Of a DNA stretch of 64,000 nucleotides, positions 9,293-21,821 are shown in pieces (position 1 is the stretch's first letter; every line of letters starts with the position of its first letter). A program made the translations under genes and the position numbers. Under the pieces are notes generated by a model, which did not search any database, had not been told where the DNA came from, and saw only the letters and a program-made list of their open reading frames with translations. This DNA comes from Tubulanus polymorphus (Eukaryota; Animalia; Nemertea), in assembly GCF_964204645.1 (NCBI RefSeq), contig NC_134028.1, positions 10,044,001 to 10,108,000 on the forward strand, read 5' to 3'.

Positions 9293-12200
9293 GAGAATGA
9301 ACAACAGCCAGAAAACAATAATGTCAATAAAATCAATATTATTGCCAATATTGTAAAAAATACATCGATAAATCCCAAAAATCACGACATGAAAAATCTG
9401 CAAATCATATAAAAAATGTAATAGATTTTGAAACTCCAGAAAATTCCAATGAAAGAAAAGAACGATTAGATGATATGAATGTGGATGAAATAAAATGTGA
9501 AGTTTGTAATGAATTTATAGTAAAAAGGAATTTTAATAGACTCGAATCACAAAAACACCACCAAAATTTGAGTAATAATGTTTTAGGAAAATATTATTTC
9601 GATGATAAACCTCAACAAGTAAAAAAACCAACTTCAAAAACTAAATCCATTTCAAATAAACCTTACATGGAAAATGTTAGAAATTATATTGATTCACTAG
9701 AAATAAAAGATACAATTGAAATATTAGAAACATTACGTAGTAAAATTGGTCCTGCAGCTATTATATTTAGATTTTTTAAAGGTACAACAATAGAAGATTA
9801 TAGTGAATTTAATGAAATAATAGAAAAAATACTAGATTTGATAACAGATGTTGAATATCCAAAAATTAGTATCTCTGGGAAAGTAAGTTTTTTAAAGTCG
9901 GAAGATAAAATGGATTATAATATTCAAACACTCTCTGAAGAAATAATTTCAAAAACACAAATAAAAGAGAAGTTAGAAAAAATATTTAATGAATTTAAAC
10001 GTCACATTGAAGAAAGATATTTTGAGGGTTCTGGCTTAACATTGAATGAAATTATATTTTTAGATTTAAATGTTTATAATACAAAAAAAAATAAAACATC
10101 AAAAAGTAATAAAATGTTTAAAAATGATTCAAACTTTACAACAGAAAAGGAGGATATTAAAGCATCATCTTATATTAAATTACCATTTACAACAAAAGCA
10201 GTAATAAATATTCAAAATGAAGATAATAAATGTTTTCTATGGTCAATTATTAGTTGCTTACATCCAACACAGGAAAATGTTTGTAGAATAACAGATTACC
10301 GGAAATATGAAACATTATATAAAATTTATCAATATCCAGTAACTATAAAAATGATTCCTAAAATAGAAAAAGTTAATAATTTAAAAATAAATGTATTCGA
10401 ATTAATGCAATTACCAAAGACAAAAGGTGAAAATATTAAAGATTATACATTGGAAGCTTTATATTAAACAGAATATTATGATGATGAAAATGCTATAGAT
10501 TTGTTATATTACAAAAAAGATGCAAATGAACATTATATGTGGTTAAAACAAATTGATTTATTCTTTAGAACAGAAAGTGATCATCATCATAAAATTTATC
10601 TATGTGGAAAATGTTTATCTAAATTTATGACTGAGAATACATTATTAAAACATAAAGAATTATGTGATTATAAAGATTTTTGTAAATTAATAATGCCAAC
10701 AGAAAAAGATTATAAATTGAAATTTACTAATCATAAATTTAAGAATATTGTTCCATTTGTAATTTATGGGGATTTTGAATCGTTGAATAAAGAATTAACT
10801 GATCAAGATAGAAAAGAAATATATAACAAAAAGCAATTATTAAAATCAATGGAAAAAGGAAATGAATTAAATGAAGACACAACACAAGACCTGCCAATTA
10901 TAAATACAATTAAAAAAGTTCATCAAAGAGCTGCTGCTTATGGAATTTATATAAAATCAAATTATCCTGAATTATATGAAAGTCAATATATTTCTTTTAG
11001 AGGTGAAAATGTAGTTAATGATTTTTGTAACAAAATAATTGAATTAGAAAGTGATTTTGCAGAATTATTAAACAATAATAAAAGAATAGTTATGACAAAA
11101 GAAGATGAAATTGATTTTAATTATGCAACTCATTGTTGTTATTGTGAAAAATGTTTTTATTCATTTGATAAAAAAGTTAGAGATCATGATCATTTAAATT
11201 CAAAATATCGTGGAGCTGCTCATGAAGATTGTAATTTACAAGCTAAAAAAGTAAATTTCGTTCCAATATTATTTCATAATTTATTAGGCTATGATACCCA
11301 TCTATTTATAAAACAATTATCGGGAAAATTGGGCGCAATTAATCAAGAAATAGAAGAATATAATGCTGTGAATGGTGTAAATGTAAGAAAATATGATTTT
11401 AAAATATTAGCTAAAACATCTGAAAATTATATTTCATTTCAATTTGGTTGCATTAGATTTTTAGATTCTTATAGATTTCTAGCAAGTTCATTAGATAATT
11501 TATCAAAAAGTTTAGTTGATAATGATTTTAAAATAACTCGATATTATTTTCCAAATGAACAAGATTTTAAATTATTGAGATATAAAGGCGCAATTCCTTA
11601 TTCATTTTATAAAACGCATGATGATTTCAAAGAAACAAAATTAATGAAAGAACAATTTTATGATCAATTAAAAAATGAGTACGTGAAAGATTAAGTTTTT
11701 GAAAGAACGATTAATATATGGAATCATTTTAGAATAAAAAACCATGGTGAATTAGTTGATCTTTACTTAAAATCAGATGTTATGATATTAGCCGATATAT
11801 TTGAAAAATTTAGAGAAGTCAATTTGAATCATGTTAATGGTGATCCATGCTATTGCTACTCAAGTCCTGGTTTAACCTGGCAATGTCGATTAAAATTTAC
11901 AGATATAAAAATGGATTTGTTAACAAATATAGATATGGTTTTATTATTTGAAAAATCAATTAGAGGTGGAATTAGTGGTGTTATGGGAGATAGATATTTT
12001 AAAGCAAATGATGAATATAAATTATTATATATTGACGCCAATAATTTATATGGCTGGGCAATGATGCAACCTCAACCATATAAAATTTTTATATTAACAG
12101 AAGTTGAAACAGATTGGGAAAGTGAAATTGCGAGTTTAAAAGATGAAGCACCCATTGGTTATTTCTTTGTAGTTGATTTAGAATATCTGAAAATATAAAG

Positions 12201-12507
12201 TTTAATACAAGAAACTTACCTTATTGCCCAGAACATTTAGTTGTAGGTGATAGTTATTTAAGTGAATACCAGAAGAAAATAAAACCGAAAGATCATGTTT
12301 TTACAGAAAAATTAATACTTACTCAAAATAATAAATACAATTATATTGTTCATTATAGAATGTTAAAATTTCATCTAAAACAAGGAATGAAATTAAAGAA
12401 AGTACATAGATATATTGAATTTAATCAATCGAAGTGGTTAGAAAAATACATAGATTTCAATACTCAACAAAGAACCATATCACAAACAGATTTCGAAAAA
12501 GATTTTT

Positions 12508-14790
12508 TTAAATTAATGAACAATAGTTTTTATGGTAAAACATGTGAAAATATTAGAAATAGAAATGATATTGAATTAGTAAATAATTCTGAAAGATTAA
12601 GACACCTACAATCAAGTCCTAGACATTTAGGAAAATAAAAGATTTGAAGATTATTTAACAGCAGTTAAATTAAAAAGAACATCAATGAAATTTAATAAAC
12701 CTATATTTATTGGTTCAACTGTTTTAGAAGTATCAAAATTATTAATGTATGATTTTTATTATAATGTTTTACAACCACTTTTTGGGGAAAAGCATATTGA
12801 AATATTATATTTTGATTCTGTAACAGCTGACACCCCAATATTATTAAAATGTAATGATAAAATATTGATGAGAAGAATTTCAGAAATAAAAACAAAACAA
12901 AACGAATGTTATATTTCATATGGTGAAAAAGAATTAATACAAATAAATGGTTTAATGGATGTTTGGACAAGAAGTGGATGGAAAAAATTAAAGAATATTA
13001 TTAGGCATAAAACAAATAAGAAAATCTATAGAGTTAGAACTAAATTAGGGTTTGTAGATGTTACAGAAGATCATAGTTTAATTAAACGAAATGGTGATGA
13101 AATAAAACCAACTGATATAAAAATTGGATATGAATTATTACATAAAAGATTTTTCCAAAGAATGAATCATATGTCATTTGATGAAATAATTGATAATATT
13201 TATAATATAGAACCTGATAATATGTTTGGGGTAATAAATATTGTTGGTATTTATGCAATCAAGATTTGATATTATTAGAAAGAATAAAGAAATATTGTGA
13301 AGAAGTTTATCCAAATAAAACATTTAAAATCATGGACGTTATCAAATCATCAGCAGTTTATAGAATACTTGTAAATAATCCTAAAGATTTTGCTATAAAA
13401 TATAATGATGAATTCTATATTCATGCAATAGTGAAAAGTAATACTTCAACAAAAGAACAGATAGTACCAGATTATGTATTAAATGCAAAAGATAATTTAA
13501 GAAAATGGTTCTTCATTGGGTTCTACGCAGCAGATGGTGCTAAAAAATTTACGAGTTCTCCAGCAATATCTTTAGCTCAAAAAGGAAAAGTTGCTATATC
13601 AGGGTTAAATATATTATGTAATTCATTAGGCTTCAATATGAATATTGGATTAAATTAATGAACAATAGTTTTTATGGTAAAACATGTGAAAATATTAGAA
13701 ATAGAAATGATATTGAATTAGTAAATAATTCTGAAAGATTAAGACACCTACAATCAAGTCCTAGACATTTAGGAAATAAAAGATTTGAAGATTATTTAAC
13801 AGCAGTTAAATTAAAAAGAACATCAATGAAATTTAATAAACCTATATTTATTGGTTCAACTGTTTTAGAAGTATCAAAATTATTAATGTATGATTTTTAT
13901 TATAATGTTTTACAACCACTTTTTGGGGAAAAGCATATTGAAATATTATATTTTGATTCTGTAACAGCTGACACCCCAATATTATTAAAATGTAATGATA
14001 AAATATTGATGAGAAGAATTTCAGAAATAAAAACAAAACAAAACGAATGTTATATTTCATATGGTGAAAAAGAATTAATACAAATAAATGGTTTAATGGA
14101 TGTTTGGACAAGAAGTGGATGGAAAAAATTAAAGAATATTATTAGGCATAAAACAAATAAGAAAATCTATAGAGTTAGAACTAAATTAGGGTTTGTAGAT
14201 GTTACAGAAGATCATAGTTTAATTAAACGAAATGGTGATGAAATAAAACCAACTGATATAAAAATTGGATATGAATTATTACATAAAAGATTTTTCCAAA
14301 GAATGAATCATATGTCATTTGATGAAATAATTGATAATATTTATAATATAGAACCTGATAATATGTTTGGGGTAATAAATATTGTTGGTATTTATGCAAT
14401 CAAGATTTGATATTATTAGAAAGAATAAAGAAATATTGTGAAGAAGTTTATCCAAATAAAACATTTAAAATCATGGACGTTATCAAATCATCAGCAGTTT
14501 ATAGAATACTTGTAAATAATCCTAAAGATTTTGCTATAAAATATAATGATGAATTCTATATTCATGCAATAGTGAAAAGTAATACTTCAACAAAAGAACA
14601 GATAGTACCAGATTATGTATTAAATGCAAAAGATAATTTAAGAAAATGGTTCTTCATTGGGTTCTACGCAGCAGATGGTGCTAAAAAATTTACGAGTTCT
14701 CCAGCAATATCTTTAGCTCAAAAAGGAAAAGTTGCTATATCAGGGTTAAATATATTATGTAATTCATTAGGCTTCAATATGAATATTGGA
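12508..14790 (+). repeat. ~1142-bp near-identical tandem duplication inside polB of copy B
   Basis: ATGAACAATAG at 12516 and 13658; identical ORF translations offset by 1141 bp. Confidence 0.9.
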
Positions 14791-14955
14791 TCGATTAAAT
14801 CTAAACCAAATTGCTTTAATTTAAGCCACACAGAAAAAGATTTAACTGAAGAAGTTAAAGATTTATTTGAAATATATAACCCAACAGATTATGTTTATGA
14901 TTTATCAACTGAAGATGGTACATTTAACTGTGGATTTCCATTAATTTGCTTCAAT
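13958..14955 (+). mobile_element. Intein in copy B polB with degenerate homing endonuclease; partial duplicate at 12817-13649
   Basis: SVTADTPIL...TEDH...GFYAADG...YVYDLSTEDGTFNCGFPLICFN/T; first LAGLIDADG motif deleted, with frameshift. Confidence 0.88.
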
Positions 14956-15407
14956 ACTGACGCCTACATACTAAAAATCAAGACAAATGACATAACAAAA
15001 GACTTAAAAACATTAAAACATCATTTTGATTTTAGCAATTATCCCAAAGATCATGAACTATTTAGCAATAATTATAAAAAGATTGCTGGTAAATTTAAAG
15101 ATGAATTAGGGGGTGATGAAATGATTGAATTTGTTGGGATAAGAAGTACAATGTATAGTTATAGAACAAAAGATCATGAAGCTAAAAAGTTAAAAGGAAT
15201 AACAAAACATATAGTTGATAAACATATAGAATTTCAAGATTATATAAAGTGTTTATATAACTCAATTGTAATGAAACACAAAATGAATTGTTTAAGATCA
15301 GAAGATCACGAGATGTACATTAATGAAGTTGAAAAAACTAGTTTGAATCCATTTGATGATAAAAGGCATATTTTAGATGATAGTATAAAAACATTACCTT
15401 ATGGTTA

Positions 15408-16739
15408 TTAAATTATAAAATCAATGTCATCAAACTCGAAATCACTATTGGTTTCTTCTTTTTCATTTAATTGTTCTTGTATAATTTGTTTAGGTTCTTC
15501 CATTTCATTTTTTCTCATTTAAATAACGTGTTATATTGTGCCACATTTCATCTCGCTCTCCTTGTTTCTTTTTGTTTGTTAATTCATCAAATGGAATTAT
15601 ATTATCGATGTTTAAATAATTTACAATCTTATTTAAAAAGAATTCATAATTAATTGAATCTGTTATTCTATTTTCCAAATAATACATTAATATTTGTTTG
15701 AATGTTTTCTTTTATATTTTCCATATCTTCTTCTGTTAATTTAGGTTTTTCATAATAATCGTTAAATAATAAATATAAATACATTTTCTTTTCTTTTGTG
15801 TTACATGTTGATGGAATAATTGTGTTTATTATATCTTTCTTAGTTATTTCACCATTTTTATTTTCTATTATTTTCATTTTTTCAAGCCATTGCATATATT
15901 CTGGTGTATGATTTTCTATAGAAAATATTTTAAAAATTTCATCTAGATAATTTAATTTTGGTTCTATGAGAAAATCTCTAGTTTTTTCTTCGTCCCATAA
16001 ATTCCTTTGCCATCCACATTCATTACAAAATAACACAGTACCTTCTTGTCTTAAGGTCGCATAACTACATTGTGGGCATTTTCGTTTATAATCTATTGGT
16101 AATAGATCTTCATTAAGCTCTTGGTATTTTCTTACGTTTTCTTTATGTTTTATTGTTCTATTATGTAGATTTGAATTACTTGTTGTGATAATCAATTTAC
16201 AATATTTACAATAATATGTTTTTCTTGTTAATTCATTATATTGTTTTTCTAACTTTTCAACTGTTTCTTTATTATCTGGTAACGTTTTCTCATATTTTAT
16301 TTTTTCTAATAAACTATTTTTTCTTTCATAGAATTCAGTTTCAAATTTATTAGAAATTTTATCTATATGTACTTTACGAAATTGATGATTCTCCCAATCC
16401 TCTTTATTTTCAGGGCTATACTTTATTCGACAAGGCTCACAGAAATGATCTTTCATTTTATCCTTGTCATAGAATAAGAAAGGTCTTTTCCAAATAATTT
16501 CAGGTTTAACTTCAACAGAATTACTATTACTTTCGTTACTATCAACATTAGCCGTTGCGCCATTAATTTTACACTTCTCTGAATGTTTTTTAACATAATT
16601 TCTTGAGAATAATTTACTACATTTTGGGCAGTTTATTTTAGGGGGTTTATAATTTTTCATCATGTTTTTTCATATGTCGAGCCATATTACTTTTTCTTAG
16701 AAGTTCACAAAAAATTTCGCATGGTATCTTCTCGTCCAT
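15408..16739 (-). pseudogene. Multi zinc-finger protein, homologue of 42498-43799
   Basis: CPKC..H..KC, CEPC..H..H, CKYC..H..H, CPQC..CNEC; frameshifts. Confidence 0.8.
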
Positions 16740-16807
16740 TTATTTAGGAAAAATTTTATCAAAATTAATTTTTAGTGATGAGCGGTAATTTTTTTATGTT
16801 ATAAATA

Positions 16808-17559
16808 ATGGTAGAATTAAAAGAATATAGAATATTTGTTGATTCTAGAAAACTTACAAATTCTAAATCACATAATTTATTAGTACAATTAGAATTTAAG
16901 AATTGTGTTGATTTAAAATTAGTAAATATAAGTTTATGTAATTCTTTTTATAATGTATCGGATAAAAGTCTAGAACATTTAATTTTTTCAATCTTTTACA
17001 AAAAAAGGAATAAATGGTTTTTTACATATTTAAAACCAGGATTATATAATTTAGATACATTAGCACAAGAAATTAATAGAAAAGCTCGAGCTAAATTAGG
17101 AAGTGATTCCGGATTTAGTATTAGATTTTCAAAAAGTGATATTTCTAATAAAATAAAGATTAGGTTAGCTCATGAAGAACAATTTAAATTTACAGTAAGA
17201 AAACCTTTAGCTAAACTGTTAGGAATTAACCCAGATATTGTAACAGTAAACGCAGAATGTAGATCAAATTTAATGCTTTAACACACTTTTATATTTATTC
17301 CAATTTAATTGATCCTACAAAAACATTTGAAGCAACTAAAGATAAAACTTGCAATTCTAGTATACTAAATATTTTACCATTAAAAAATGTTTAACAATTT
17401 GGAACTCAAATAAATTATAATTTAACAGAATGTGATTTTAAACCTTGTATACCACATTTCAATAATTTCAAATTAGAAGTTAGAAATCACAATGGATACA
17501 TAATTGATTTGAATAACTTTCCTGTAATTTATGAATTAGTTATAAGATGTAAAGATTAA
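16808..17559 (+). pseudogene. Putative minor capsid (penton) protein, frameshifted
   Basis: Homologous to 43868-44620. Confidence 0.65.
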
Positions 17560-17575
17560 TTTTTTCACTATATAA

Positions 17576-17929
17576 ATGAATATAACTGTTGGACCGAGTA
17601 TGTGTTTTGGATTTGATTTTAAACGTGACAAAGAAATGAAATTCAACATTACTGATGTAAGTATACATATTAGAAATATTGCATTTTCTAATGAAACAAC
17701 ATTTGAGTATGAAACAACAATAGATAAAGAAACTTTAAATGTAGAAATGATTACTAATTTAATTAGAGAAACTTTAAGATTTTATGAATTAGATGAAGAT
17801 TTTATTATAGATGATATTAAAAAAATAATAATTGAAATATATGCAAATGAAACTAGTAATGAAATAAATGTTGAAATAATCATAAATAAGTTAACTAAAT
17901 ATTTTGAAGATAGTAATTTTTTTGATTAA
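17576..17929 (+). CDS. Conserved 117-aa acidic Polinton protein
   Basis: Intact in B, C (44637) and D (61952); TATAAATG start. Confidence 0.75.
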   Translation: MNITVGPSMCFGFDFKRDKEMKFNITDVSIHIRNIAFSNETTFEYETTIDKETLNVEMITNLIRETLRFYELDEDFIIDDIKKIIIEIYANETSNEINVEIIINKLTKYFEDSNFFD

Positions 17930-17932
17930 TAA

Positions 17933-18154
17933 ATGAGTGATAATAAGTGGATAATAACTGGATTATATAATGAAGCATTACTATCAGTTGGAACTGTTGG
18001 TTATTCAATGGTATTAAAAAAATTATTTAAAATGGGAAGTGTTAATGTTGATAGATTTGATATAAATGATATTTTAAAATTAACATTAGCAGTTACTTGA
18101 TCTAATTTAACTATTGATTATTTGGAAAAACAAAAATATATTCCTCCCATATAA
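17933..18154 (+). pseudogene. 73-aa hydrophobic protein with premature TGA
   Basis: Homologous to 44994-45215. Confidence 0.7.
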
Positions 18155-18178
18155 ATACATAATTATTTTGCTAAATAA

Positions 18179-18577
18179 ATGGCTTCTGCAGTTATAACTA
18201 TTATAGGATCGGCAATTTTTAACGCTTTAGCATTTACTGGTGGTTGTTATTTATTTAAGCATATTGATAAAAATGGATCATTAACAGAACAAAAAAGGCA
18301 TAACTTAGCATTAGAGAAATACAATAAAGCAGCAGAAGAATATAGAGAAAAAAGACAAAACTATATGAATTATATTAACAAGGAATTATATGAACAGAAG
18401 ATTTCACATAGAGATTTTCAATCAGTTGATGATGCAATGAGTTTATATAACGCGGTAACCAATAAAGAAAAATTACATCTATACAAACCTAAATTATCAG
18501 ATTATTATACCCCGAGTAAAGAACAACAGAAATATGAAAAAATATGGATTTTAGGTGGAACAGTTATTCTTATATAG
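18179..18577 (+). CDS. 140-aa-family protein, 3' end cut by the Penelope insertion
   Basis: Homologous to 45243-45665. Confidence 0.75.
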   Translation: MASAVITIIGSAIFNALAFTGGCYLFKHIDKNGSLTEQKRHNLALEKYNKAAEEYREKRQNYMNYINKELYEQKISHRDFQSVDDAMSLYNAVTNKEKLHLYKPKLSDYYTPSKEQQKYEKIWILGGTVILI

Positions 18578-18581
18578 TAAC

Positions 18582-18941
18582 AGTTTGTCTTTCTTTTTAC
18601 TACTGACTTTAAGTTTTATTTATATTTATACTCACTATTGTTGTTTATAATTACCCCTTAGTTTGCTTCCCTTTAATCTATTTTAGCGTGTAACTGTTTC
18701 TAAGTTAATTTTCCTTTAGTTTGTATCATCTCTGATTACTTGAATTAGTCTCTTTGTCTCTGGAGTGTATATATATCTCATAATTTCTGTAGTATCTCAT
18801 TATTTCTGAAGATGACTATTACGATATAGTCGAAACGTTGAAATAAACTACTATCTCGAAGTTTCATTTTCGGACTTTTTATTATCATTGTGGGATTCTC
18901 TCCTCATCGCGTCAACACGGATATAGTGTTCTACCAATCGT
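18582..18941 (+). repeat. 5' pseudo-LTR
   Basis: AGTTTGTCTTT...CTACCAATCGT, near-identical to 21433-21792. Confidence 0.9.
18800..18847 (+). ncRNA. Minimal type I hammerhead ribozyme
   Basis: TTATTT CTGAAGA T GACTAT-TACGAT-ATAGTC GAAA CG TT GAAATAA: CUGANGA and GAAA cores, 6-bp stem II. Confidence 0.75.
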
Positions 18942-21340
18942 GATCATGCTACCCACGGATCGAAATATCGTATTAAAATTCTTCTTCTTCACGTTTCCGT
19001 ACCTCGTCGCTAGCTTCCGAAATTATGAGAAATGCTATATCAAATCCAGGATTGCCAAAAGTAAAGTCAAGTTCCTTCAGGAGTGTTATGCCGAAAAAGT
19101 GGTTCCGCGATCACTTTCTTGGATTTGGAAATACGACTTCAGCTCTGCGTTTCCATCCGAAGCTAACAAGCAACTCAAATTCGCTATAGATCGTGCTAAG
19201 GAAGACTTTAACTATCAGTTCTACAAATTCCGTCAATCTCAAAATTATTTGAAGTCACACGTACCGGACCTATTCCTCTGGAAATCGCTCTCCACAATTG
19301 TTCAAGGCTCTGGAAAATATCATCAGCACAGAAAGTCTTACCAACCAACTGAATAAACTCATTGATTCCAGCCCTTGGACTAGATTTAGCAACACCGAAA
19401 ACATAGTAAATTTGTCTTCAACCACGTTATCTTCTACTCAGTGTCAACTTCTCGGATACGGTTTGAATTTTTCTCTTCCTCATCAAGATAAACATGTTTT
19501 AGACTTTGTCACCCAATTGGAATATCGCAAATCATCTCCGAACAGTTTGGACTATAACTTTATATTCATGAATCTACAGGCTATTTGCGATCAACTCAAC
19601 AGGAACCTCTTTGAATATCTACCTCGTCGATTTCGGCTCGCCCTCCAAGAACTACTGAAGTTTAAGACTATTAAAATATCTAAGGCTGATAAAGGTGGCA
19701 AGATTGTGATTTTAGATCTGGATAATTATAATGTTAAAATGCAATCTCTCTTGGATAATCCTGGTGTTTATAAGAAACTTAAATCGAATCCTCTTCCTCG
19801 TATGCAAGCTAATTTCAACAGAAGTCTTTCGGATATTATTAAACGTTTCCCCTCCGCTAAAGAAACTCTGAATAAGTTCCATTCACGTCTTCCCTCTTTA
19901 CCATATATCTATGGATTGCCTAAAATTCATAAAGATAATGTTCCACTGCGCCCTATAGTCTCCAATTGTAATTCTCCTACATACCGGTTATCTAAATTTC
20001 TCGCGAAACAGTTATCTCCGGTGCTCGGTTCGTTCTCTCCGTCGCACCTTCGCCATAATCAACACTTACTTGAACGTATTAAGAATATTATCCCTGGCAA
20101 CGACAAATTTATATCATTTGATGTTACTTCCCTTTTTACCAATGTTCCTCTTGGACCTACTCTTGATTTCTTAAAACGCAGATTACCATCACTTAACATT
20201 AACTTCGGCATTCCTACGGATTGTATCATCGTCCTTATCTCTATTTGTACGACGGACTCCTTTTTTGAATTCAACAATTGTTTTTACGAACAGACATTCG
20301 GTATCGCTATGGGAAATCCTCTTAGTCCTATTCTAGCTAATTTATTCCTAGAACATGTTGAATCTGAAATATTGCCTCTTTACACTGATATTCACCCTAA
20401 AATCTGGCTCAGATATGTTGACGATGTTCTGGCTTTGGTTCCCTTTGACTTCAATGTTGATAACTTTCTTATATATTTAAACTCCCTTTACCCGTCTCTG
20501 GCTTTTACGTATGAATGGGAATCTAATAGTAAAATACCTTTTCTGGATGTTTTGATTTTTAACTGTGGATCCTTTTTGAAATTCGCGGTTTATAGGAAAC
20601 CTACCAACGCTGAATCCTACCTCCATTACTTCTCTTTTACTTCTCCGGATATTAAACTCGGTTTAGCTCAAGGATTATTTCTTCGCGCTTTGAGAATTTG
20701 CGACCCCTCATTTCTACCCGATGAAATTCACCATATTAACCAATCTCTCAAAAAACTTGCCTACCCGGATTTCCTATTGAAAAAAGCTCTACTTAAAGCT
20801 CGTACTACGCATTTTAGAAATAACAACCCTAGAACTCCTACGTTGGCTACCGATAAACAGCCTATCATTGTACCGTATGTACCTTTCCTCGAGAATTCTT
20901 AAGTTTCTCTTCGGTCACTAAATAAACAACTTATCTTTAAATACAATAATAAACTTAGTAACATATTGATTAATAACAAACCGAAAACCGAATCCCTAAA
21001 CTGTGGAATTTATAAAATACCTTGTAAAGTTTGCGACAAAGTATATATAGGAGAAACAGGTCGGAATCTTAATCAACGCATAAAAGAGCATAGATTAGAT
21101 GTAAAAAACTTTAAACCTGAAAGCGGAGTTGCTAGTCATGTTTTTCAGACTTCACACAATTTTGATTTTGCTAATGCTGAATTAATTTACCCTTGCAGCG
21201 ATAAAACTAGAAGACATATTTTGGAATCTGCATTAATTATTGAAAATTCGAACAACGTTGTAAACCTTAACAATGGTTTTTCACCCCATAATAAACTTAT
21301 ATCAAAATTCCTCTGTAAACTGGCTAAACTCAACACTTGA
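18940..21340 (+). pseudogene. Penelope reverse transcriptase + GIY-YIG endonuclease
   Basis: KADKG, YGLPKIHK, SFDVTSLFT, GIAMGNPLS, RYVDD, GIYKIPCKVCDKVYIGETGR; one frameshift (~19300-19356) and one in-frame TAA (20900). Confidence 0.92.
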
Positions 21341-21432
21341 TTTCCCCTTTGATTATTTGTTATTTGTTCTCTCATTCATTTCGTCTCTGACTTAACTTGT
21401 ATTCACCTTTGTTTTAATTTAAGTGCCCCCCT

Positions 21433-21792
21433 AGTTTGTCTTTCTTTTTACTACTGACTTTAAGTTTCATTTATATTTATACTCACTATTGTTGTTTATA
21501 ATTACCCCTTAGTTTGCTTCCCTTTAATCTATTTAAGCGTGTAACTGTTTCTAAGTTAATTTTCCTTTAGTTTGTATCATCTCTGATTACTTGAATTAGT
21601 CTCTTTGTCTCTGGAGTGTATATATATCTCATAATTTCTGTAGTATCTCATTATTCCTGAAGATGACTATTAGGATATAGTCGAAACGTTGAAATAAACT
21701 ACTATCTCGAAGTTTCATTTTCGGAATTTTTATTATCATTGTGGGATTCTCTCCTCATCGCGTCAACACGGATATAGTGTTCTACCAATCGT
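21433..21792 (+). repeat. 3' pseudo-LTR
   Basis: Direct repeat of 18582-18941. Confidence 0.9.
21651..21697 (+). ncRNA. Minimal type I hammerhead ribozyme, second copy
   Basis: CTGAAGA T GACTAT-TAGGAT-ATAGTC GAAA CGTTGAAATAA. Confidence 0.7.
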
Positions 21793-21821
21793 AATAAATT
21801 ATTAATTTTTTCATTATATAA

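Larger units (their letters stand above)
9290..15411 (+). pseudogene. polB: Protein-primed family B DNA polymerase with intein; stops, frameshifts and an internal duplication
   Basis: YGDFES (ExoI), FHNL.GYD (ExoII), YIDANNLYG (motif A), KLMNNSFYGK (motif B), YFD..TDA (motif C, split by intein), KKLKGI. Confidence 0.92.
18582..21792 (+). mobile_element. Penelope-like retroelement (endonuclease-positive) with direct pseudo-LTRs
   Basis: RT + GIY-YIG ORF flanked by ~360-bp direct repeats that contain hammerhead motifs. Confidence 0.92.
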
